Translations under genes and position numbers: made by a program | Notes under the pieces: generated by a model | What the model was told of the DNA's origin: nothing | Databases searched by the model: none | The model's input: only the letters and a program-made list of their open reading frames with translations | Shown: positions 1-9,000 of the stretch, in pieces | Numbering within the stretch: position 1 is the stretch's first letter | Layout of the letters: each line of letters opens with the position of its first letter | Assembly (NCBI GenBank): GCA_019057795.1 | Contig: JAHLWS010000067.1 | Span: 16,984-80,983, forward strand | Source of the DNA: Promethearchaeota archaeon | Lineage (GTDB): Archaea; Asgardarchaeota; Lokiarchaeia; Sigyniarchaeales; SOKP01 | Direction: 5' to 3' | Length of the DNA: 64,000 nt

Positions 1-2232
1 TTTACTAAACCCTATACATAATAAACTATTGTTAATGTGGACACCATAATCTTCTAATCTATCCTTTAATAAAATACCATAAGCAGTGAGTTGTGGTAAT
101 GATCTATATATTTCATTCTCATCTTGTTTATAGTCGGCAATTATTAAGAACCCATTTATGAAAAGAATTATGTCAATATGACCAATATTAAATAAGCTTG
201 AATTTTCAATAGGCTTCCAAACTGGGGATTCAATTGCTATAGTATTATTATCATTTGTTATTATATAAGTCAAAATAGGTGGATGGTCTGGTTTTTTACC
301 TATTCTATTTTTTTTATAATGCTCAAAAACCTTTTGAACATATTTACACAAAAAAAAGGAAGAATCATATGCTTTTAATTCATCTTTAAAGAAATCTTCT
401 ATATATTCAAATTTTAAGTGCTCATCATAAGATCCATAAAATTTTAACATTGAGGCTCTGGGATTATCGTTAGACATGAATATATCACGAGGAAAGTTTT
501 CTCTCCAAAGATCATTAAGAAAGTTATAAAGCCCTAGTTTTAATTGATTATTATTAATGATATTTAAGCATTCTTCTTTCCATCTAAAAGGATATGTAAC
601 GCTTTGATGTTTAAAATCCCTTCGCTTTAATTCTTGTATATTATTAATCCAATCAATAAAGTATCTTTTATAATATTCTATATGATTTGCTCTTATAAAT
701 TCACGAATATTTTCAAAGGTATTAGGGTCACTGAATGATGTTTTATTTCGAATTACACGTAATACCCCGCTGGTTCCAGGTGTATTATGAATATATAATT
801 TATCTCCAAATTCTTTTGGCTCCATATCTAAAGATTGATATAATTCAAGTAAAAATTGAGTCTCAATATGATAAAATTCTTTTAAGGATTTTCTCATCAT
901 TTTAATAAAAGTTTCTCTACTATATATCTGCCCTTTATATCTTCCTAGATAATCTGCTATATAATCATATAACCGATTGCCGCTTCGATCATTCACATGA
1001 GTAAAATCAAATTCAGATCCAAAACATTGTTCTAATTTCATTGGCGTTGCCATATTCTCTAAGCCTTTCATCTTTTTAAATGTATAGTAAAGTAAAGAAA
1101 ATGCAAAATTCTGTGGAAAATAATAATCTATTTCGTTGTTTTTATTTATATCCAAAATTGGAAAATCGTTTACAATCGCATAATCAAAAATAGCCATTGC
1201 TTTTTCAATTGAATCATTAATATCAATTCTTAAATCAGAACTTAAATAAGATTCTAATATATTAATATATTGAGTTAAATAATTTTCTACCTTCTGTTGA
1301 TATTTATCTTGGTCTAAAACAAAATATTCTAACATAATTTGATGTAAAACCTCAGTAAAATTAGTACGCGGTATATTAAAGTTTTCATTTTCAAGTAACA
1401 AATCAAGAAAGTCCGTCTTGCTCAATTTAATATTTTTTTCATATTTTAAGAAAATAAAACACATAACCGCTGCCAGTATTTTTGGCTTCTTTTTTTTCAA
1501 ATCTGCAAAAAAATTCTGAAATTTATCAGCTCCTTCAATAGAATCAATAATGTCCCAAAGTGAATCAGAAATTTTTTCATAATCACCCTCCGAAAAGTTA
1601 ATTTCATATAGATTTCTACTATTCAGATAATTGATATATTTATCAATATATTTATTGGTTAATGCAAGATATTCATCTTCAGTTAACCTGTCTGCATTTA
1701 TTAGCTCAAGAATGAAATTATATTCAGGAATTCTTTTAAGATGGCTCGAAACTGTAGAACAAACTCGATTTAAACTTGATAAATTTAAATCCAATATATG
1801 TGCTAGCAATTTTCGCTCAATATTTTCACCTAATCTAGCAAAATTGAAGATAATTAAAGAAACGGCGACATAATTAGCGTTTTTAATATTACTGGGGCCA
1901 AAGCTCTGGTAGAAAAAAATAAATTTTTTATCTTCGTTGTCATATAAGATTGAATTTAAAATGTCGTCATACATTTGAATACATTCTTCTCGAAACACTT
2001 CATCTAAATTATATTTTAATTGTAAATTTAATGAACGCACATCTTTCGCAATAGAATCAAAAAGTTCATTTCTGTACTTCTGTGCATCGAGATTCTGGAT
2101 TTTTTGTGTTAATTTATCCTTTTGAATCAAAGTATTATCCCTATACAATTCAGAACCACATGAATTTATATTTTTACGACTAATTTTATTTCGATTTGGA
2201 TTTTGACAAGGAAATTTATCTTCTTTTCTCAT
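1..2232 (-). CDS. Large protein of at least 744 aa (3' end runs off the window): TFIIB/cyclin-like helical repeats plus a C-terminal RecB/Cas4-like PD-(D/E)XK nuclease
   Basis: Missing from the ORF track. Manual translation from ATG at 2232 (MRKEDKFPCQNP...) stays open to position 1. The C-terminal part reads AIESPVW...NIGHIDIILFINGFLIIADYKQ...SLPQLTAYG (E...GxID...DYK...QxxxY). N-terminal helices NANYVAVSLIIF / KPKILAAVMCFIF / FPQNFAFSLLYY resemble the TFIIB cyclin-box P..lAAa.lY helix. Confidence 0.7.
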   Translation of the reverse strand, partial: MRKEDKFPCQNPNRNKISRKNINSCGSELYRDNTLIQKDKLTQKIQNLDAQKYRNELFDSIAKDVRSLNLQLKYNLDEVFREECIQMYDDILNSILYDNEDKKFIFFYQSFGPSNIKNANYVAVSLIIFNFARLGENIERKLLAHILDLNLSSLNRVCSTVSSHLKRIPEYNFILELINADRLTEDEYLALTNKYIDKYINYLNSRNLYEINFSEGDYEKISDSLWDIIDSIEGADKFQNFFADLKKKKPKILAAVMCFIFLKYEKNIKLSKTDFLDLLLENENFNIPRTNFTEVLHQIMLEYFVLDQDKYQQKVENYLTQYINILESYLSSDLRIDINDSIEKAMAIFDYAIVNDFPILDINKNNEIDYYFPQNFAFSLLYYTFKKMKGLENMATPMKLEQCFGSEFDFTHVNDRSGNRLYDYIADYLGRYKGQIYSRETFIKMMRKSLKEFYHIETQFLLELYQSLDMEPKEFGDKLYIHNTPGTSGVLRVIRNKTSFSDPNTFENIREFIRANHIEYYKRYFIDWINNIQELKRRDFKHQSVTYPFRWKEECLNIINNNQLKLGLYNFLNDLWRENFPRDIFMSNDNPRASMLKFYGSYDEHLKFEYIEDFFKDELKAYDSSFFLCKYVQKVFEHYKKNRIGKKPDHPPILTYIITNDNNTIAIESPVWKPIENSSLFNIGHIDIILFINGFLIIADYKQDENEIYRSLPQLTAYGILLKDRLEDYGVHINNSLLCIGFSK

Positions 2233-2368
2233 GTTAATCTAACCCGTGTATATTAGGTATATCTAAATTAGAATGTATTAAGAACAAATCCTAATTCCTT
2301 ACGAAATTTTTATTCCTATTAATATTATTATCATGACCTTTTTAAATTTAAAGAAAGAATCTCAGAAA

Positions 2369-2623
2369 CTTATACTACTATAAACGATTACGATTTAATT
2401 TAAAATAATCTAACTATTTTATCTCTAATAAATTATAATTGCTTTATCTTTATAAATGTTTGCGTTATCCTTTTCTTCGATTTTGTCTTTAAATACAACT
2501 CAAAAAATTTAGAGAAAATCCAATTTTTACTAATATTCCGTAAAATAGGTAAATAGCTATAGCCAGAAAATACCTTATACTACTATAAACTATTTTAGCG
2601 TAAATATTTTATACTACTATAAA
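2369..2623. repeat. Three copies of the palindromic element TTATA-CTAC-TATAA(A)
   Basis: CTTATACTACTATAAAC at 2369-2385 and 2574-2590; TTATACTACTATAAA at 2609-2623. Confidence 0.85.
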
Positions 2624-2710
2624 GTATATTATATATTTTGAAAAATTATTTCAAATTAGAGATTTCAGAAAAGCTTTAAGGATTATAATATTGTTGTTTT
2701 CTTATAATTC

Positions 2711-3025
2711 TTATCTATACATACCTTCAAATTTCTTTTTATCAAATTCTTTAAGCCACTTTTCAGTTAACTCATTAACTGCGTATTTTAAATTCGATGA
2801 AATTTGACCTAAACTGAATCCATATAACATTGCATATCCTAGTAATTCAGGTAAGACAGTCTCGTGATTTTTTATTGAAAATTCCTTGAAATGATATATA
2901 TATTTTGAAAAGAATTGGTTTAATTGTTCCTTGGCGTTTTGGGGGATTTTATCTCTTATCAAAAGAAGAATATTATTAATAAATTGATTTTTAAGGTTTT
3001 CAAAATCAATATTAAATTCAGACAT
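2711..3025 (-). CDS. Hypothetical protein (104 aa, helical)
   Basis: ATG-started ORF with protein-like composition; no motif recognised. Confidence 0.6.
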   Translation of the reverse strand: MSEFNIDFENLKNQFINNILLLIRDKIPQNAKEQLNQFFSKYIYHFKEFSIKNHETVLPELLGYAMLYGFSLGQISSNLKYAVNELTEKWLKEFDKKKFEGMYR

Positions 3026-3267
3026 ATTTATTAATTTCTATAGTAAATAGTTAAGTTCTTAGGGAGATATGATTTATCAAAAAAAAAAATTTTTTTAAAT
3101 TAAATTTTTAAGATTAAATGTTATATTTTTTGTAAAAGAAATTAAAATGGTAAAAATTAAACATCTCTCATAATGAAGATTAGGAATCTATCGAAAAGAA
3201 AAATAATATAAGAAAATTTAGAAAAAAAGGTTATCTTTTTGGAGCATTCATCTATTCAAAAGGGGTT

Positions 3268-3756
3268 TCAAAAAGGTTTTTTTTCCAAGTCCAGGGCATC
3301 TGGGCTATCATGATTATGCATCTCTATTCCCAACCCTATATAAAGTAAACCCATGCCAAATAAGATATAATCGAATAAACCCCCCGTTTCCACATCAAGG
3401 TAAGTTATGTTTCCCGAATGGGTAGTAACTTGATGAAATCCCTCAATTAATTGTTGTGTAATTGGTGCTAGAAGCCCTCCTAAGAAAAATGTTGTTAAGA
3501 TCAGTATTCCTGAGAGAATGATCATTAGATCCGCTTTCACACATGTATGGTTTTGAAATTGATAGCGAAAAATGATTAATATTCCTGCGATAAAGGTAAG
3601 ATATGTTGGTGCTTTAAGGAATCCCCATAAAGTGCCTACATGATTAGATGGAGGTTCAATCTTATAAAATCCCAATGGAAGAATGAGTGCCATACATTGA
3701 AACACACCCATTAGAGTCACAATTCTTTCTGGATTTCTTTTCCCTGTCAATTTCAT
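3268..3756 (-). CDS. Hypothetical membrane protein (~4 TM)
   Basis: Four hydrophobic segments; GAGG-type RBS (GAGGGA) upstream of ATG. Confidence 0.7.
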   Translation of the reverse strand: MKLTGKRNPERIVTLMGVFQCMALILPLGFYKIEPPSNHVGTLWGFLKAPTYLTFIAGILIIFRYQFQNHTCVKADLMIILSGILILTTFFLGGLLAPITQQLIEGFHQVTTHSGNITYLDVETGGLFDYILFGMGLLYIGLGIEMHNHDSPDALDLEKKPF

Positions 3757-4016
3757 TTGTCCCTCATATAATTTATTTAATTCTAAATATCTTTGTAGTA
3801 AATATTATACCATCTCTATAAATGAACTTTCAAAATCTGGCATGATACTTCATATTTTAAAACGATTTTAATGTTAAGATTTCCCGTAATAATAATATTT
3901 ATTGAATTTATTTAATGTACAAATAACTTAACATTTAGTCATTTTTAATAAATAATCCTTTTTTTTTCTCATTAATCGCTTTCTCTCTCTGGTGTCCCAC
4001 CTTGGTGCACTCCTAA

Positions 4017-4628
4017 TTAATTAGTGGATTTACTAAACTTAACTTTTTTTTCCTTAAATAGAATAACTGAATGGTCAGCTTTCCAAGAAACTGTATCAAA
4101 CTCAACAATAATGATCTCTTCGCCCCCTTTCCCGTTCCAGTTGTTTATATCTTTCTTACGCTTATCTATGGATCTTTTGGTACCTAATATAACTTCAATA
4201 CCATTAGAATATTTCAAACGTGCATGAGTCTTAAACAATACTAGTTTTTTAAGATCTTCTTTTATATCATTCTTTGATCTGGTAGCTAACTTAAATTCAA
4301 TAACAGCGAGATTATTATCTGAATCTGGTGAGTGAATAATGAAATCTGGCGACTTCCCCTTCTTAAAATAATGTTGATATGTCTTATCCACTTCTGCTTG
4401 AATTATTGGTCCATCAAAATCCACATCACCATTTTGCATTAATTTTCGAAATTGTTGGTAAAACTCATAAGCGAAAGGTCTTTCTAAATGTTTGTCTTTA
4501 GATTTATCTTCAATAATAGGTTTTCGTTTTTTTTTTTTATTATAATCTATTTGTGACAATCTACAAGTATTTTTATCCATATTATCAAGAGCTAATTTAA
4601 TAGCTTCAACAACTTCTTTAATTACCAT
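4017..4628 (-). CDS. PD-(D/E)XK restriction-endonuclease-fold protein
   Basis: ERPFAYEFYQQ...EVDK...SPDFIIH...NLAVIEFK...EDLKKL motif series. Confidence 0.7.
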   Translation of the reverse strand: MVIKEVVEAIKLALDNMDKNTCRLSQIDYNKKKKRKPIIEDKSKDKHLERPFAYEFYQQFRKLMQNGDVDFDGPIIQAEVDKTYQHYFKKGKSPDFIIHSPDSDNNLAVIEFKLATRSKNDIKEDLKKLVLFKTHARLKYSNGIEVILGTKRSIDKRKKDINNWNGKGGEEIIIVEFDTVSWKADHSVILFKEKKVKFSKSTN

Positions 4629-5083
4629 TGGTTAACATCTCGAGTATATTTATAATGTATATTTTTGTCTTAATTTATAATAAACATAACAGAATATATC
4701 TTTTTCCCCCATTTTCTTCAATAATTGTTCTTTCGCTTCCCGTGTTACCCATCTAAATTACATATTCTTTATATCAGTTTATGTCTCATTTTATTATTAA
4801 AATTTAAAAACATTTCTAGAGTAGTTAAGTATATCTTAATATCAATTCTCTCCCCCGTGGTGCCCCCTCCTAAAAAATTAGGTTTAGAACGATCTCATTA
4901 ATAAAGAATAGATTAAAACATTAATAACCACTTTCGAATCTCTCAAGTATCGCTAAAACTATTAAATATATAATTCCTAATCTTGGACGGGATAAAGACA
5001 AGGAGAATATAGTTCAATATAATCCTGAGGAAGATAATGATTCTGAACAAATCTTTTTATACAAAAAGATCTAAATAATATAT

Positions 5084-5620
5084 ATGCCAAAAATTGATTT
5101 GGACAAATATCCAAAAATTGCTCAAATGCATGCATCAGCAGGTTGCATCCCCGTTAATATTGAAAATGCTCTGAAATATAATGGTGAAAAAGACTATGAT
5201 GAGCTAAAATTATTATTTTTTTGCCAAACTAGAAATATACCATTAGGTTTTAAAGAATTTGGTCCCGAACTAGCTAAAATCTTGAAAGGATTTAAAATTA
5301 TTTTCAAAAATATTGACGATTTTAATCACTCGATTGAGAAAGTTGTGGAGTATATTAAATCAAATATAGATGAAAAAATACCTGTATTGGTTTCCTTCAA
5401 ACAAGTAATAAAAGTTCCAATTATGGAGAAGAATAACCCTAAACCTATAGGATGGCAAGAAGCTGAAGTTGCTCATATCAGAACAGCAATCGAATATAAT
5501 GATTCTGAGTTATTCTTTTTTGATCCAGGAGATTGTGAAACGAAAAAGTATAGCTATTTAACTGATGAGTTTTCCAACATTATTAAGGGAGATTATCACA
5601 CCTTAGTTATCAAAAGATAA
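5084..5620 (+). CDS. Papain-fold C39-like cysteine peptidase
   Basis: AQMHASAGC (Q...C), PVLVSF, AHIRTAIEY (His), FFFDPG (DP): the usual C39-like catalytic layout. Confidence 0.65.
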   Translation: MPKIDLDKYPKIAQMHASAGCIPVNIENALKYNGEKDYDELKLLFFCQTRNIPLGFKEFGPELAKILKGFKIIFKNIDDFNHSIEKVVEYIKSNIDEKIPVLVSFKQVIKVPIMEKNNPKPIGWQEAEVAHIRTAIEYNDSELFFFDPGDCETKKYSYLTDEFSNIIKGDYHTLVIKR

Positions 5621-6093
5621 GATGAATGAAAATTGTTTATTTAATATCTTTTTTTTTATTTAATACTGAAAATAGGTCTACAGTATTCTTTCATTTCTTT
5701 TAGGAGGTCTGATGAGGGAAAAAATTTGTCCGTATCATAAAGTATAATTAATGAATTGAGAACTACAATGAATTTGTGATTTAAGATTTTAAACTCATCT
5801 TGAATCCTTACAAGATTTATGTTATATCATTGTAAGATAATTAAGTTTGAAATCATAATTCAATGATAATTTTGTATTTATAATAAAAAAAAATGAATCT
5901 AGTAATCAATAAATAAGATACATTATTAATTGAATATTTAGATTATTTAAGAGATATTAGCTATAAACTTCAACACCTAGATGCTAGAGTCAAGCAATCC
6001 GAAGCAGAAATGCTATTTCATAATACAATAAATATTATTAATATCCTTTATTTATAGACTACATTAATGATCATCTTCTTATCAAGATCTGCT

Positions 6094-9000
6094 TCATTTA
6101 ATTTCTTTTAATGAATCTGGGATTGAACAATTTGGAGCTACCTTAATAATGTAAAATTTTGGATTTAATAAAGTTAAATAATCATCTAATGAAATCTCAA
6201 TCTCCTTATCTGTATAGATTCTTAAATCAACGTTATTTTCATTAAATTTTTTAAGATCTTCTGGTAAAATTCTTAATTCTGGAAGCTCAACCCATAAATG
6301 TGTTAAATTGGATAACTCATGGAGGAAATCTGGAAATTTGCAATTAGGTTTTACCTTAATCTTGAAAGTACAAATATCTTTTGGATTCCAAAAATCATTT
6401 GAAAATTCAATAAATTTATCTGTTATGATCAATTGCTGTATTTGTTTGAAATGCATTAAATCTCTTGGTATTTGTTCAATAAACTCCATATTTACCTCAA
6501 GATAAATTAAATTTTTACATTCCTTAACAAAATAGGGAAAAAAATTATTGTTATCAATTCTTACATATGTAATTTTATCGAAATTACTCTCTAATAAATC
6601 AAAAAATCTACTTATTCTTGAACCTGAAACCCTTAAATGAGTAATGTTTTGAGTATTTGAAAATTGTATAGGTTTTCTATGCAAGATCGAAATTTCCATA
6701 CGATTATTTTTATTATCTTCCCAAAAATTTTCTTGGAAATCTTGAGAACCCCCGAATGAAATGTGTAGACACTTTACTTTTGGAAGATTTTTAATTAATT
6801 CTGGAATTTTATCTAATGGAGGATTTATCCAACGTATGTATGATAAATTTTTAAGATTCTCCCATGATTTTGGTAAGTCTTTTGCTGCTATATCATTTAT
6901 TTGAAGATGTGTTAAATTTTCTAATTTATTAAGCGATTCACTTAATATGCATCTTTCATTTACTCTAAGTTCTAATCTAAATTTAGTTTCTTTGATTCCA
7001 AATTCTCCAGTTAATTTACTTAATTCTTTAGATGTTATTAAAGTTTGATTAAATTGAGTCAAATTTCCAAGAAAATTTGGTAATTCTGTCAACTGAGAAA
7101 GAGAAATTCGAAGATGTGTTAACTTTTGCATGTAAATCTTATTTTTAGGGAATTTACAATCCTTTCTTACTCTTATCATAAAGTTCCCCTTATTATCATC
7201 ATCAAGAAAATTTTCTATAGGTGAAGGTAATTCTTTTTCTGTTATATATATCTTTTTAATATGAGATGAGGTAAATACCCATTCTTTTAAATCATTAATA
7301 GCAAGGTGATCTATTCTGAGGTTAATTAAATTTTTAAAATCATTTACTATATTCGGTAAAATAGTTTGGCCTCTTGAAAATCCGAATAAATATATTCCTT
7401 TCCCAGAAATCTTCCAAAAGTTTAATTTTTTAAAAAATTCTTTTGTAAGATTTTCTTGATTGGTGATTAGAAGCTTTTTTAATCTGCCATTAATTGATAC
7501 ATTTTTTGGGAATCTAGTAAGAACCTTAATCCATACTTTTTTAATATGAGAAGGAATAGTTAACTCATTTAATATGAATTGTGTATGGAGGTTAACTAGT
7601 ACTCGAGAACTATCTAATTGGTATTGATCCATATAATCATTGATATCTTCTAGATTTTGAGATATATTAATTAAAATGTTCTGAAACATTTCCCACTTAA
7701 ATACAATATCCGGTAAGATATTTGAGAATTGAGAATTGATGATTATCTCACTTAGTTTAGAGCAAGATTTTAAACTTTCAGGAAAATTAAATTTAAAGAA
7801 ATTTTCTATATAAATTGATTCAAGATTCTTTAATAAAGAAATTGATTCATGCAGATTCAGTACAAATTGATGACCTTTTACTAGAATATCAATTATTTTT
7901 AAATTTTTAATTGTAGAGTTTTTCCCAAATTTAATTAATTCTCCCTTAAGTTCTAAAGATTCTAATTCTTCTAAGGACCAAAATAGATCTTTAAATTCAA
8001 AATAGTTTTGCATTTCAAATATATTCAATAAACCCTTTGGTATTTTTAATGTTAAAGAACTAATATACTCATTAGAATTTGTAATCCCATAAGCAAATTC
8101 ACCAGAATAATCTTTTAAATGATTTAAATAATCAATAACAACAGCATCCTTAATTTTTAAATTAATTTTTTCTAGTTTTGGTGTTAATTGTCCTTTAATT
8201 TCTATTCTATCATCTACCATTAGTAAATTATCGTCAATATAATCAATAGATGGTAAAGTTTGCTTTTTTGGATGAAATGAAATATAAGTATTTTTCAATA
8301 AATTGACAAATTTAAGATCCTTGAATTCATGCCACCATGAGTTAATTGATTTTATATTGTTGTTTTGAATATTCATTCTATATAATCTGTCTAATTTTGT
8401 TAATGTATCTGGAAGTTCTTTTAATTCATTATATCCTAAATTTAGAATTTCTAAATTTTTTAATCTACCAATATCTTTAGGTAGTTTTGGTAATTCATTA
8501 TCTTGAAGATCTAATTTCTTTAAACCTATTAATTTATAAACCCCTTTGGGAATACTTTTTGTTTTCATATGATCTAAATATAATTCCGATACACGATCAT
8601 TAATATCAATCACATAACCTTGATGTCTCTTCAATTCTTCGAAATCTGAAAGATTTCTTAATCTATGATTTCCGATTTCAAATTCAATTTCTTCTAATGA
8701 ATTTGCATCGGATTTACAAATTTCAAATTCCTGAAATCTTTGTTTCAATTTAGAACTATAGTGTTCAATAAAACCTTGATATTCTTCTTGAAAGTAATAC
8801 TTAAATTGAGTCTTTGTTTTATCTATTTTTATAATACCACTAGAATAAATTACATCCCAACTTCCTTTTCTGTCATGTTTAAATTTACTAAGCTCATTAT
8901 CAAGAATGGGAGTATAAGGATCAGCAATAATACTAACTAAATCTTTGAAATCATTTTCTACAGTACCCACAATTCCCATTCTATTTAAAATAGTATTTTC

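Noticed and set aside
1631-1873. 80-aa plus-strand ORF in the track
   Set aside because: Antisense shadow of the long minus-strand ORF 1-2232
2369-2623. CRISPR mini-array interpretation of the 15-17-bp repeats, with the nearby nuclease read as Cas4
   Set aside because: Repeats are too short, spacing is irregular (205 and 34 bp), no cas genes are present and no Cas4 Fe-S cysteines are visible
4527-4538. T12 homopolymer in the nuclease gene as a phase-variation switch
   Set aside because: Long A/T runs are common throughout this AT-rich sequence and the frame is intact
2711-5620. Gasdermin-like substrate for the CHAT protease among the island ORFs
   Set aside because: None has the size, N-terminal Cys or beta-rich pattern of prokaryotic gasdermins
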